Positions 1-8,207 of a stretch of DNA of 64,000 nucleotides are shown one piece after another. This DNA is from an uncultured virus (IMG/VR IMGVR_UViG_3300008262_000226) (taxonomy: Duplodnaviria > Heunggongvirae > Uroviricota > Caudoviricetes), in the IMG/VR virus record IMGVR_UViG_3300008262_000226, positions 62,001-126,000 of that record. One strand, written 5' to 3'. Position numbers and translations under genes: made by a program. The notes under the pieces are model-generated. The model saw only the letters and a program-made list of their open reading frames with translations, was not told the origin of the DNA and did no database searches. The stretch's first letter is position 1. Each line of letters begins with the position of its first letter.

Positions 1-22
1 AGTTTGATTCTACCCACTGCCT
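1..22 (+). tRNA. 3' fragment of a tRNA (T-arm and acceptor end), cut by the window edge
   Basis: T-loop-like AGTTTGATTCTACC directly before a dense tRNA array. Confidence 0.45.
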
Positions 23-23
23 T

Positions 24-94
24 GTGATGTTAGCCTAGAGGTAAGGCAGTGGTTTGTGGAACCACCTAGATGGGTTCGATTCCCATACGTCACC
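24..94 (+). tRNA. tRNA-His(GTG)
   Basis: Acceptor GTGATGT/ACGTCAC, anticodon arm GTGGT-TTGTGGA-ACCAC, T-arm ATGGG-TTCGATT-CCCAT, discriminator C. Confidence 0.93.
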
Positions 95-96
95 CC

Positions 97-168
97 GCCC
101 GATTAGCTCAGTGGTAGAGCAACTCACTAGTAATGAGTAGGTCGTCAGTTCGAGTCTGACATCGGGCT
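97..168 (+). tRNA. tRNA-Thr(AGT)
   Basis: Acceptor GCCCGAT/ATCGGGC, D-arm GCTC-AGTGGTA-GAGC, anticodon arm ACTCA-CTAGTAA-TGAGT, T-arm GTCAG-TTCGAGT-CTGAC. Confidence 0.92.
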
Positions 169-243
169 TCTGAGGTCGCCAAGCGGTAAGGCAGCGGGTT
201 TTGGTCCCGCCATTCGTGGGTTCGAATCCTACCCTCAGAACCA
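169..243 (+). tRNA. tRNA-Gln(TTG)
   Basis: Acceptor TCTGAGG/CCTCAGA, anticodon arm GCGGG-TTTTGGT-CCCGC, encoded CCA. Confidence 0.93.
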
Positions 244-318
244 GTTGGGTTGGTGTAATTGGTAACATCTTGGTCTCCAAAACCAAAGTTCAGAGTTCAA
301 GTCTCTGACCCTTCGCCA
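244..318 (+). tRNA. tRNA-Trp(CCA)
   Basis: Anticodon arm TTGGT-CTCCAAA-ACCAA, T-arm CAGAG-TTCAAGT-CTCTG, encoded CCA; the acceptor stem has two U-U mismatches. Confidence 0.88.
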
Positions 319-319
319 T

Positions 320-394
320 GCTCTCTTAGCTCAGTGGATATAGAGCACTTGACTACGGATCAAGGTGTCGTAGGTTCGAATCCTACAGAGAGCG
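320..394 (+). tRNA. tRNA-Arg(ACG)
   Basis: Acceptor GCTCTCT/AGAGAGC, anticodon arm CTTGA-CTACGGA-TCAAG. Confidence 0.93.
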
Positions 395-436
395 TTTGGT
401 AGTCTATGCTACCAAAAAAGATAAATATATACAATA

Positions 437-651
437 CGTTCATCCCTATGGGACGGAAGTAAGCCGACTCGGAACGGATCGTTCATCTATGGAAGCAATC
501 CTATTAACTTGCCTTCAAGCTAATTTTATTATCGGAAGAGTAGTTACTCATCCAAAATTAGATGCTCAACAAAAAAATGATATTGTTTGGGAAGTGAAAC
601 AAGTTACAAAAAAAGGTTGTTTTATAGACGCAAAGGTTGACTGAAGGAACG
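437..651 (+). ncRNA. Tandem glutamine riboswitch-like (glnA/Downstream-peptide class) aptamers; the second is interrupted by an ORF
   Basis: CGTTCATCCC-TATG-GGACGGAAGTAAGCCGACTCGGAACG (437-476), then CGTTCATCTAT...ATAGACGCAAAGGTTGACTGAAGGAACG (480-651), upstream of a DUF4278-type ORF. Confidence 0.72.
489..644 (+). CDS. 51-aa hypothetical protein inside the second aptamer
   Basis: ATG at 489, MEAILLTCLQANF...GCFIDAKVD. Confidence 0.6.
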   Translation: MEAILLTCLQANFIIGRVVTHPKLDAQQKNDIVWEVKQVTKKGCFIDAKVD

Positions 652-683
652 CTCTTTAACCTAAAAAACTAAGGAGAACCCTA

Positions 684-821
684 ATGTCTAAAGTAGTATA
701 TCGCGGCGTTGAATACGATACGCAAAAGCGTTTAGAGTATCAACAGCAGATGATGCAACAACCCCAACAATACAACGAAACCTATCGTGGTGTTAAGTTT
801 GTAAAGGAGGGTCACAAATGA
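684..821 (+). CDS. DUF4278 (downstream-peptide) family protein, 45 aa
   Basis: AAGGAG RBS; MSKVVYRGVEYD...TYRGVKFVK with two YRGV motifs. Confidence 0.85.
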   Translation: MSKVVYRGVEYDTQKRLEYQQQMMQQPQQYNETYRGVKFVKEGHK

Positions 822-904
822 ACTGGCTCAATCTAATCCGCAAGCAAATTGAAAAGCAAAGAAAACTAGAGATTGCTCAATATCATATGGCAACTCTTGG
901 ATAA
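818..904 (+). CDS. 28-aa small protein coupled to the DUF4278 ORF
   Basis: ATGA overlap, AAGGAGG RBS; MNWLNLIRKQIEKQRKLEIAQYHMATLG. Confidence 0.6.
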   Translation: MNWLNLIRKQIEKQRKLEIAQYHMATLG

Positions 905-907
905 AGC

Positions 908-931
908 AAAGGGGCATATGCCCCCTTTTTT
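908..931. terminator. Bidirectional intrinsic terminator
   Basis: AAAGGGGCA-TAT-GCCCCC-TTTTTT between convergent genes. Confidence 0.8.
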
Positions 932-1115
932 AATGCCTTCTTAATGTCTGTAAGTAATCAAGCATTGCTGTTCGTATGTGCATTAGTTCATTATAACATT
1001 TCTGGTTGTGAGCACACTGTCGCAGTTCGTTGTCTGGCTTATGCACACTTTCAATGAATAGGTCTAAACCTCTATTCCATTTGTCGTTGTCTTCAATCAC
1101 GTTGCCTCCAGTCAT
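930..1115 (-). CDS. Conserved cyanophage hypothetical protein
   Basis: ORF track; overlaps the stop of the upstream gene; true start may lie near 1100. Confidence 0.7.
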   Translation of the reverse strand: MTGGNVIEDNDKWNRGLDLFIESVHKPDNELRQCAHNQKCYNELMHIRTAMLDYLQTLRRH

Positions 1116-1419
1116 CGGGTTTGTCTCTTCCTTCAGAAAAGAAATCTACAATATCATCAACACTATCAAACCTTCTGATACCTTTTGCTTCGTGACCGAT
1201 GCCACCGATATCAAGTTGGTTTAAAAAATCGTCTAGGTCTCCTTCTTGCATGTCTGGGTTAGCAGCAGTTCGTCTTGCCTGTCTGAGCATTGTGCCAGCG
1301 GTTCTGTTTGCTGCTGCTAGTTTCTCTGCCCAAATCATTTCAGATAGTTCTACAGCTTCTCCTTTTACAATCTTGTCACAAATAGCCTGTAATCTCAGGC
1401 GATACTGAGTAGAGAGCAT
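1093..1419 (-). CDS. Conserved cyanophage hypothetical protein
   Basis: 108 aa MLSTQYRLRL...DDWRQRD, a typical cyanomyovirus ORF. Confidence 0.8.
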   Translation of the reverse strand: MLSTQYRLRLQAICDKIVKGEAVELSEMIWAEKLAAANRTAGTMLRQARRTAANPDMQEGDLDDFLNQLDIGGIGHEAKGIRRFDSVDDIVDFFSEGRDKPDDWRQRD

Positions 1420-1444
1420 ACTATGTATAGCAGTAATACTATAT

Positions 1445-1534
1445 TTAGTGTGGGTATGCGTTGTTCAATCCCCAGTAAATAAAAAGTGCAATAGAACTAA
1501 ACAAACAAAAAGTGCTAAGAATAAGATTATTCAT
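1445..1534 (-). CDS. 29-aa small membrane protein
   Basis: MNNLILSTFCLFSSIALFIYWGLNNAYPH; ATGA-coupled to the previous ORF. Confidence 0.55.
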   Translation of the reverse strand: MNNLILSTFCLFSSIALFIYWGLNNAYPH

Positions 1535-1764
1535 AGTTGGTTCTCGACGTATTCGATATACATTTTTTTGATATCTCTATCAACATCAACCAGACTATTC
1601 AAAGGAGGTTGATATCCTTGACTGATGATATAGTCTATAAACTCATAAACATTTGCTTTGATTGGTAGACTTAATCTAACAAAAGATGACAAGAAAAAAT
1701 TTCTTGCTTGCCATCTATCATTCTTTTCCCTCCAATCATATGGGCTAGTGCTTAGGTGGTTCAT
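1531..1764 (-). CDS. Hypothetical protein
   Basis: 77-aa ORF in a tightly packed minus-strand run. Confidence 0.65.
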   Translation of the reverse strand: MNHLSTSPYDWREKNDRWQARNFFLSSFVRLSLPIKANVYEFIDYIISQGYQPPLNSLVDVDRDIKKMYIEYVENQL

Positions 1765-1870
1765 CTTTCATTTCCTCGTTTGCTAATCTTAGAATGTAAT
1801 AGATGACATATAGAGTAAATAACAATCCACACGATAATAAAATGATTACTCCCCAAGGCAAGTTACTCAT
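1745..1870 (-). CDS. 41-aa small membrane protein
   Basis: MSNLPWGVIILLSCGLLFTLYVIYYILRLANEEM... Confidence 0.6.
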   Translation of the reverse strand: MSNLPWGVIILLSCGLLFTLYVIYYILRLANEEMKDEPPKH

Positions 1871-1973
1871 TTTCGTCTTCGTAAGTAGATGGTTCTTCGA
1901 AAAGTTCTTCCATTTTTTGTTGAAGAACTCTTTCTTGTAGTTCTTTTAAATCTTCTTCTGTTAAAACTATCAT
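1863..1973 (-). CDS. 36-aa acidic small protein
   Basis: MIVLTEEDLKELQERVLQQKMEELFEEPSTYEDENE. Confidence 0.6.
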   Translation of the reverse strand: MIVLTEEDLKELQERVLQQKMEELFEEPSTYEDENE

Positions 1974-2149
1974 TTATCTTTGAGTAGTTCTTCTATTCTT
2001 TTACGCATGTTTGTGCTATCTTGTTTGAGATAATCTCTTAAAGAATACCCACGCTGCCCTTTCATAATACATGTCCCCTGATAGAACATGGTGGCGGCGA
2101 ATACTAAAAGGAATGCTATTCCTATTATTTCAGGGTAATGTTGAGCCAT
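1970..2149 (-). CDS. 59-aa membrane-anchored hypothetical protein
   Basis: MAQHYPEIIGIAFLLVFAATMFYQG...RIEELLKDK. Confidence 0.6.
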   Translation of the reverse strand: MAQHYPEIIGIAFLLVFAATMFYQGTCIMKGQRGYSLRDYLKQDSTNMRKRIEELLKDK

Positions 2150-2313
2150 GGTAGTAGTGGGGGAATTACTCCAATGAGTCGAAGCAAACCTTCAGCAAAA
2201 AGAGACAAAACAACCCAGCCAACACACATTGAGATAATTGAAGCATTACGATTATGTTGTCGTATTGCATCATCGATCATCTCCTTCACTTCTTCTTTCG
2301 TTACTTGTGTCAT
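2125..2313 (-). CDS. Conserved cyanophage membrane protein
   Basis: MTQVTKEEVKEMIDDAIRQHNRNASIISMCVGWVVL... Confidence 0.7.
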   Translation of the reverse strand: MTQVTKEEVKEMIDDAIRQHNRNASIISMCVGWVVLSLFAEGLLRLIGVIPPLLPWLNITLK

Positions 2314-2393
2314 GGATTTTAGCGATTCCGATAATGGGAAACATAACAAGGGCAAAGCAAAGGATGCCCAAACTGATGGGATTATTTAAGATT

Positions 2394-2606
2394 TCAACTA
2401 TCAGATGAGTCATTTTTCTTTACATGGATGTAACATTCAAGTGGTTTCTGTGTCTCACTGTCGAAGTTTTGATCTAGGTAGACACAAAGTTTCTCGATAA
2501 TTTTTATATACTCATCATGCATCCACTCACTACCAGTTTCATGGTATGCATAATGCTTACATGCTGTGATGATGCGATTGACATCTCTGCTTGATAGGTT
2601 ATACAT
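2394..2606 (-). CDS. Hypothetical protein
   Basis: 70-aa ORF. Confidence 0.65.
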   Translation of the reverse strand: MYNLSSRDVNRIITACKHYAYHETGSEWMHDEYIKIIEKLCVYLDQNFDSETQKPLECYIHVKKNDSSDS

Positions 2607-2610
2607 AAGT

Positions 2611-2736
2611 TTACTCTTTATACATTATTATGTCGCCATGTTGTCTGTGAAAATCAAGGTGCTTTTTACCCCAAGGTATCACTCTCCATTCAGTTTTTCC
2701 ATTCCAAAGTAAAAGGCATATATGGATGTATCTCAT
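2611..2736 (-). CDS. 41-aa hypothetical protein
   Basis: MRYIHICLLLWNGKTEW...; preceded by a minus-strand CTAAATA late-promoter-like motif. Confidence 0.5.
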   Translation of the reverse strand: MRYIHICLLLWNGKTEWRVIPWGKKHLDFHRQHGDIIMYKE

Positions 2737-2804
2737 ACATCTGTAGTATAACGACCTATTTAGATGGGTGCAAATACTCATCAGAGTTCCCTGACAAAAG
2801 GGGC

Positions 2805-2833
2805 TTGACAAGGATGCTAAAATGCTATATACT
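2805..2833 (+). promoter_or_regulatory. Sigma70-type promoter of the hli-petF operon
   Basis: TTGACA-N17-TATACT. Confidence 0.75.
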
Positions 2834-2860
2834 ATGTAAAGATTTACAACAGAATGTAAC

Positions 2861-3064
2861 ATGACTGTAACAAGCAATGAGTTTGGTCAACAGAATATGT
2901 GGGCCAAAGAACCTGAAATGGTTTACCAAGAATACAATCGTAAAGGTCTTCTGACCCCTATGCAAATGACGGAGATGTATAATGGACGCTGGGCTATGGT
3001 CGGTATTGTTGCTGGGGCTCTTTCTTATGCTCTCACTGGCAAACTCTTCTTCGGCATCTTCTGA
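2861..3064 (+). CDS. hli: High-light-inducible protein
   Basis: EMYNGRWAMVG chlorophyll-binding motif, TGKLFFGIF end. Confidence 0.93.
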   Translation: MTVTSNEFGQQNMWAKEPEMVYQEYNRKGLLTPMQMTEMYNGRWAMVGIVAGALSYALTGKLFFGIF

Positions 3065-3077
3065 CAATTGATTGACA

Positions 3078-3164
3078 ATGACTGAAATTTTGTTTACAAT
3101 GACTTCCGTTGCCTTCTTTATTTTACTGGCAGCATCCGTAGAAAAACTTTGTGAAACTTACTAA
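3078..3164 (+). CDS. 28-aa small hydrophobic protein
   Basis: [33 protein letters not shown]-coupled to petF. Confidence 0.55.
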   Translation: MTEILFTMTSVAFFILLAASVEKLCETY

Positions 3165-3454
3165 TGGCATATAACATTACCCTTCGCTCCCCTGATGGCA
3201 CCGAGCAAACTATTCAGTGCCCTGACGATCAATACATTCTTGAAGCTGCTGAAGAGGCAGGTGTTGATCTTCCCTCGTCATGCAAAGCTGGTGCCTGCTC
3301 TGCATGTGCTGGTAAACTGATCAGCGGCACCGTTGATAACGAGGAGCAATCGTTCCTTGATGATGATCAACTTGCTGAAGGTTGGGTGCTAACTTGTGTA
3401 GCATATCCCACCAGCGATTGTGTGATTCTTACCGAACAGGAAGAAAACTTGTGA
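3164..3454 (+). CDS. petF: Plant-type [2Fe-2S] ferredoxin
   Basis: [15 protein letters not shown]...LTCVAYP. Confidence 0.97.
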   Translation: MAYNITLRSPDGTEQTIQCPDDQYILEAAEEAGVDLPSSCKAGACSACAGKLISGTVDNEEQSFLDDDQLAEGWVLTCVAYPTSDCVILTEQEENL

Positions 3455-3663
3455 GTGCTGGAATGCTTGGGCAATTCAATCTTGCCCTTCAAGAGTTAGT
3501 TGATAGTGGTGCCTGGGATCGTCACGTCGAATTGGAAGTTAAGATTGCTGGCACTTTAAAGAACGACAAGTTTATTGTTATTAAACCTGTGAAAGAAAAA
3601 CTGGTTTGTAATCCAAATCCAGATCTTAAACAAAAACACATTTATCAAGGAGAACAAAAATGA
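3451..3663 (+). CDS. Conserved cyanophage hypothetical protein
   Basis: GTGA overlap with petF; ...[11 protein letters not shown]...KFIVIKP. Confidence 0.65.
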   Translation: MSAGMLGQFNLALQELVDSGAWDRHVELEVKIAGTLKNDKFIVIKPVKEKLVCNPNPDLKQKHIYQGEQK

Positions 3664-3779
3664 AATTCGGTTTTACCCCTGAGGCAGAGATCCTCAATGC
3701 ACGTTTGGCAATGCTTGGTTTTGTCATTGCCGTTGGAACTTATCTCACTACTGGGCAGATTATTCCTGGGGTGCTTTGA
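3660..3779 (+). CDS. hli: High-light-inducible protein, 39 aa
   Basis: [21 protein letters not shown]...TGQIIPGVL (below the ORF-track size cutoff). Confidence 0.93.
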   Translation: MKFGFTPEAEILNARLAMLGFVIAVGTYLTTGQIIPGVL

Positions 3780-3785
3780 TACTTT

Positions 3786-3810
3786 AAAGGGGGTCTAGAC
3801 CCCCTTTTTT
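3786..3810. terminator. Bidirectional intrinsic terminator
   Basis: AAAGGGGGTC-TA-GACCCCC-TTTTTT between convergent genes. Confidence 0.8.
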
Positions 3811-3811
3811 A

Positions 3812-4066
3812 TTATTCAGTTGCTTCTGGTTGAGGCAGAGAGGCTTGATAAGCAGCAACAACTTCTTCCGTCCAAGTAGCAGCAGCGATAGCAGCAACTC
3901 TTGGATCTTCGTTGCTTACATCATCACCAGGATTGACTACATGACGATGATAAGTAGCAGCAACTTCTACACCATCTTTGAGGATTTGATCTCTTCTTCT
4001 TACTTGAATAGATCCGTTGAGTAGAACTTCAACTTTATCTACTACTGATACTTCTTCTAATGCCAT
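3812..4066 (-). CDS. Small tail-fibre-associated protein (putative chaperone)
   Basis: DKVEV...IQVRR...YHRHV.NPG...WT.EV family, usually found after fibre genes. Confidence 0.75.
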   Translation of the reverse strand: MALEEVSVVDKVEVLLNGSIQVRRRDQILKDGVEVAATYHRHVVNPGDDVSNEDPRVAAIAAATWTEEVVAAYQASLPQPEATE

Positions 4067-4110
4067 TAGGGTTATTCTCCGAATAAGACAGGTTTAGGCA
4101 GAGTTATTTA

Positions 4111-7100
4111 TCAATCAACGTAATACTGACCAGAAACAATTTGCTGAGCACTATTTGTGAAGTCAGCATCTGTTATACCATTTCCACCATTTTCAATTAA
4201 TGTTATTGAAGTATTACCACCAACAATTCTATATGTAATAATGTTGTCGAATGTAATGCCACCAATATCAGCTCCAACAGCTGCTCCATATCCTTGATTT
4301 CCAGCTCCTGGGGTAAATGGTAATCCAGCGATTGTAGCAATACCAGTAGCAGTTCCTTTATTACTTATATTTAAAAGTATATTAAATAAAACTCTGTTGC
4401 CAATTTTTGTATATCTTCCCACTCTTACCGAATAAACTACTCCTAGATCACTTCCACCAAAAGCTATTGAAGGTGTAAATGATCCCTCTTCATAATCATT
4501 CAACAACTCAGAAGTCATGCCAGCATTATTAGAATTAGCAGAGAAGTCAATACCTTTGCCAGATGTTCCGATGATTAGGTTGCCTCTATTGACAGTAACA
4601 TCACCGAGATGTGAGATAGTTAGACCTTGCTGAGGACCAGTGGTGTAGTTATCGGTCGTAGCAAGTGTCATTGCTGTTCCGATGGTATTGTTGTTTACTA
4701 CATAGATACCTGCTTGTGCTTCGTCTGTTGCGTTACCACGGAATGTAATAGCAACTTGTCTAGCAGCACCACCAGTTCCAGCAGCATTACCAAAGTGAAT
4801 GCCACCTTTAACTGTCTTAGCAATACTGAATGTGTTGTTAGCGAGAGATGTGGCAGCATCGTTTGTAAGAGTTAATGCTGCTGAACCTACAGTAGAGAAC
4901 GAAGATGAAATAGCACCAGAAGTGCTTAAACTTGTAAGTGTTCCAACTTGTGTCAAACTGGAAGTAGTAACACCCGCACCCAAACTGAATGAACCAGTTG
5001 AAGGACCAATTTGACTGCCACTAGCAATCAATACGTTACCGATTCTATATTGCTTACCAGTAGCAAGGTCAAAGTTTTCTGTAGATGTGAATGCTGTTGT
5101 GGCATTTACATAAGTTATAGACTTATCGGTGGTTCCTTTAACACGGAAACCTCCACCATCAGCTGTGGTATCTGTAGCACCAGTTGACACAAACGTAGCA
5201 GTGCCAGAAGAACCAGTAACTGGATTTGATAACGTAGCAGTATTATTAGTAATCGAAACAATCGTTGTGCCAGCAGGAACACTTAAACCAGCAGTAGAAA
5301 TGCTAACTGCCATACCAGCAATCAATCCTGTAACAGGTGAAATTGCAGTAATATTAGCACTATTGCTTACGATAGTTGCTGTAAATGTTCTTGCAGAAAC
5401 GTCAGCAAGATCAATCAGTTTATCATCAATACTTAATACATTAGTATTAATTGTTGTTGTGGTTCCATTCACAGTCAAATTACCGCTGACAATTAAGTTG
5501 CCGCCAACGTTTGCGTTTTGTGGAAGAGTAACATCGAAGTTTGCATCTCCACGAATCCAAGTAGCAGTGCCAGAACCAATAACTAACTGGTTGTCACCTG
5601 ATGGTGATGGTGGAGTGTGAGTTACGTTAGTATTGTTGCCGTCAGGTGCTGGTCCGATTAATACATTACCGTTACCAGTAGCACCAGCACCAGCATAATA
5701 ACCAATCGCTACGTTATCTGTTCCAGTTGTATTTCCTTCTAAAGTATTGGATCCAACGCCAACATTTCTTTCGCCAGTTAGTAACCCCGTGAGAGCACTT
5801 CTACCAATACCAATATTATTTTGACCCGTGCTTAGATTGGTCAGTGCTTGATAACCAACAGCAACAGTAGCAGCACCAGAGTTGACTGTCTTAGCAGCTT
5901 CATAACCAATAGCAGTGTTCTGACTACCTGAAGTGTTTGAGTTCAAGCAGTTGAAACCCATTCTGGTGTTGGTAGCAATCGCGTTACCACCTCTACCGAT
6001 TGCGATTGGGTTTGCTCCACCTCCGCGAATGGTGAAGTCAGCATTAACAAAGTCTACAGTTCCATTCAGGTTGACAACATCACCAACAACGTCACCTAAG
6101 TTTGTTGTTCCATTTACAGTTAACCCATTTCTTATGGTTGTCGTTCCAGTTGTAGCACCGATGTTAACCGCAGTGGCAGCACCGAAAGCATTGATTGTTG
6201 TTGCTGTGGTGTTGAAGACAGCAAACGTAGTGCTACCAGTAAGAACGCTGGTGGTAAATGTGGGTGATGTTCCGAATACAGCAACGCCAGTTCCAGTTTC
6301 ATCACTCAAAACACCACGAAGTTGTGCCGAAGTTGTTGAACCAAATACTGATAGGTTGTTGGTTGTGTAAACAACCGTTCCACCAGTTCCAAATCCAACT
6401 GTTGAACCATCAGTTCCACTGAAAGTTAGAGTGTTGTTTGCAGTGAGTGTTATGTTGTTAGCAATCGTTAGAGTTCCACTAACTGTCTGTGAGATTGCTA
6501 GACCGTTGATTGTTGTAGCTGTAGCAGCACCAAGAGTTGGTGTAGTAAATGTTGGGTTGGTAAGTGTTTTGTTTGTGAGTGTTTGTGTCTCCCCTTCAGT
6601 TACCAATCGGTTGGCAACTGAACCATCATAAACTCTCCAGTAACCACCAGATTCAAACCACTGCATCACGCTGTAGGATGAAACAACACCCAAAGCATTG
6701 GTGGTTCTATTGACCTGAACACCAGCATCAACACCAGTTAGGTTTAATCCTTTTCTAAGTTCAATCTGTGCGTCAGCAATAACAAGTGTTTGTGATTCGA
6801 TTGTTGAAGTTGTTCCTGTAACTGTTAAGTTACCAGCGATGGTGATAGTTGAACCATCATCAGAAATAATACTGTTTGTTATCTGTGAGTTACCACTATC
6901 CCATTTAAGTAATCTGTTGCCAGTCAGGTTAGCATTATTTTTGAGTGAGAATGTAGTGCCTGTTAATGTAATTGCAGTTCCAGCTGAATATGTGGTATCG
7001 TTATCTGTTGAACTGATAGTAAAAGTATTTGCTGCAGCGCCAGATCCTCTAGTAACAGTCGTAAAACCACCACCAGTAATATTAATTATTCCAGTTCTGG

Positions 7101-8109
7101 CATTTCCATCTGATTCACCATTTACTTTTAAACTAGTTACAGTGTTTACATATTGCGAATCAATTGTAATAGTATTACCAACCTGAGATATAGATGCAGC
7201 ACCAGTAGTTGTATTAACACCATTTGCTCCTGCTGTAGTTGATCCAGTCGCCGTGGCAAATGTAAAATCACCAGATCCTAATGTTCCTCCAGTTGCTCTC
7301 AACCTAGTTACAGTATCTTGAGAAGAAATAGTAATATCTGTAGGTGTGCCTACAGACTGATTGATTGTTACATTACTTCCAGCAAGAAGCTGCAAATCAC
7401 CAGAGGTATAAATTCCAGCTGCTGTTCCTCTTAGTCTTGTAACAGTATTGACGTAGTTTGCATCAATGGTAATTGTATTTCCAACTTGCGAAATAGCGGC
7501 TGCATTACCACTAACTGCAAAAGTAACATCACCAGAGACTAAATTACCTCCACTTGCTGCAACACGAGTAACAGTATTTGTATCAATGTAACTAGAATTA
7601 ATTGTAATGGCATCACCAGTTCTTGTTAATGTAACGTTTGTTCCTGCTACTAAATTTACATCATCATCAACACCAGCTCCAGAGTTACCACCAGAAGTTA
7701 AACGAATAACTTTAGTTGCTGCGTTACCTCCATCTTGTGCTGAGATAGAATATGTTGTGTTGTTATCTGGAGTTGTTACTGTTCCCCCCAAAGAAATTGC
7801 TGTTCCATTGACAGTAATTGAAGAGTTAACTAGAGCACTATTTGGAATGAAAGTAAATGTATTTGTTGTGCCAGAAATGAAAGAAGATTCAATCGTTTTG
7901 TTTGTTAAAGTTTGATTGGCAGTTAAGTATACATCACCAGGATTATCCCAGATAACAGTTGTTCCATTGGTCTTTAGGTATTGACCAGTAGTTCCTAAGG
8001 TATTATTCGCAACTAAGCCACTACTTGTTAGATCTAAATTGTCACCAGCAACAAGCTCTTCAATTTTTTTTGTTGTTGCATTGACTATTAACGGAAAGCG
8101 ATTTGCCAT
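4111..8109 (-). CDS. Tail fibre-like virion protein, 1332 aa
   Basis: Thr/Gly-rich; QTLTNKT motifs, adhesin-like N-x-AIG repeats, C-terminal GIDFS...DYEEG...YTKIG module. Confidence 0.85.
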   Translation of the reverse strand: MANRFPLIVNATTKKIEELVAGDNLDLTSSGLVANNTLGTTGQYLKTNGTTVIWDNPGDVYLTANQTLTNKTIESSFISGTTNTFTFIPNSALVNSSITVNGTAISLGGTVTTPDNNTTYSISAQDGGNAATKVIRLTSGGNSGAGVDDDVNLVAGTNVTLTRTGDAITINSSYIDTNTVTRVAASGGNLVSGDVTFAVSGNAAAISQVGNTITIDANYVNTVTRLRGTAAGIYTSGDLQLLAGSNVTINQSVGTPTDITISSQDTVTRLRATGGTLGSGDFTFATATGSTTAGANGVNTTTGAASISQVGNTITIDSQYVNTVTSLKVNGESDGNARTGIINITGGGFTTVTRGSGAAANTFTISSTDNDTTYSAGTAITLTGTTFSLKNNANLTGNRLLKWDSGNSQITNSIISDDGSTITIAGNLTVTGTTSTIESQTLVIADAQIELRKGLNLTGVDAGVQVNRTTNALGVVSSYSVMQWFESGGYWRVYDGSVANRLVTEGETQTLTNKTLTNPTFTTPTLGAATATTINGLAISQTVSGTLTIANNITLTANNTLTFSGTDGSTVGFGTGGTVVYTTNNLSVFGSTTSAQLRGVLSDETGTGVAVFGTSPTFTTSVLTGSTTFAVFNTTATTINAFGAATAVNIGATTGTTTIRNGLTVNGTTNLGDVVGDVVNLNGTVDFVNADFTIRGGGANPIAIGRGGNAIATNTRMGFNCLNSNTSGSQNTAIGYEAAKTVNSGAATVAVGYQALTNLSTGQNNIGIGRSALTGLLTGERNVGVGSNTLEGNTTGTDNVAIGYYAGAGATGNGNVLIGPAPDGNNTNVTHTPPSPSGDNQLVIGSGTATWIRGDANFDVTLPQNANVGGNLIVSGNLTVNGTTTTINTNVLSIDDKLIDLADVSARTFTATIVSNSANITAISPVTGLIAGMAVSISTAGLSVPAGTTIVSITNNTATLSNPVTGSSGTATFVSTGATDTTADGGGFRVKGTTDKSITYVNATTAFTSTENFDLATGKQYRIGNVLIASGSQIGPSTGSFSLGAGVTTSSLTQVGTLTSLSTSGAISSSFSTVGSAALTLTNDAATSLANNTFSIAKTVKGGIHFGNAAGTGGAARQVAITFRGNATDEAQAGIYVVNNNTIGTAMTLATTDNYTTGPQQGLTISHLGDVTVNRGNLIIGTSGKGIDFSANSNNAGMTSELLNDYEEGSFTPSIAFGGSDLGVVYSVRVGRYTKIGNRVLFNILLNISNKGTATGIATIAGLPFTPGAGNQGYGAAVGADIGGITFDNIITYRIVGGNTSITLIENGGNGITDADFTNSAQQIVSGQYYVD

Positions 8110-8173
8110 TACACGACGCCCGTAGGAAAATGAGTTCTATTTATGTTATTTATAAATGGTTCTGTCAAGGGGC

Positions 8174-8207
8174 TTGACAGGTGCGGGGAACCGTGCTACT
8201 ATAAATA
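8174..8207 (+). promoter_or_regulatory. psbA promoter: sigma70-type overlapping a T4 late motif
   Basis: TTGACA-N17-TACTAT with an overlapping TATAAATA. Confidence 0.75.

Noticed and set aside
35..286. 83-aa minus-strand ORF
   Set aside because: It is the antisense of the tRNA array.
396..488. N-terminal extension of the 396-644 ORF
   Set aside because: It runs through a promoter motif and aptamer 1; ATG 489 is the better start.
4627..7915. Several plus-strand ORFs of 66-163 aa
   Set aside because: Antisense shadows of the Thr/Gly-rich fibre gene.
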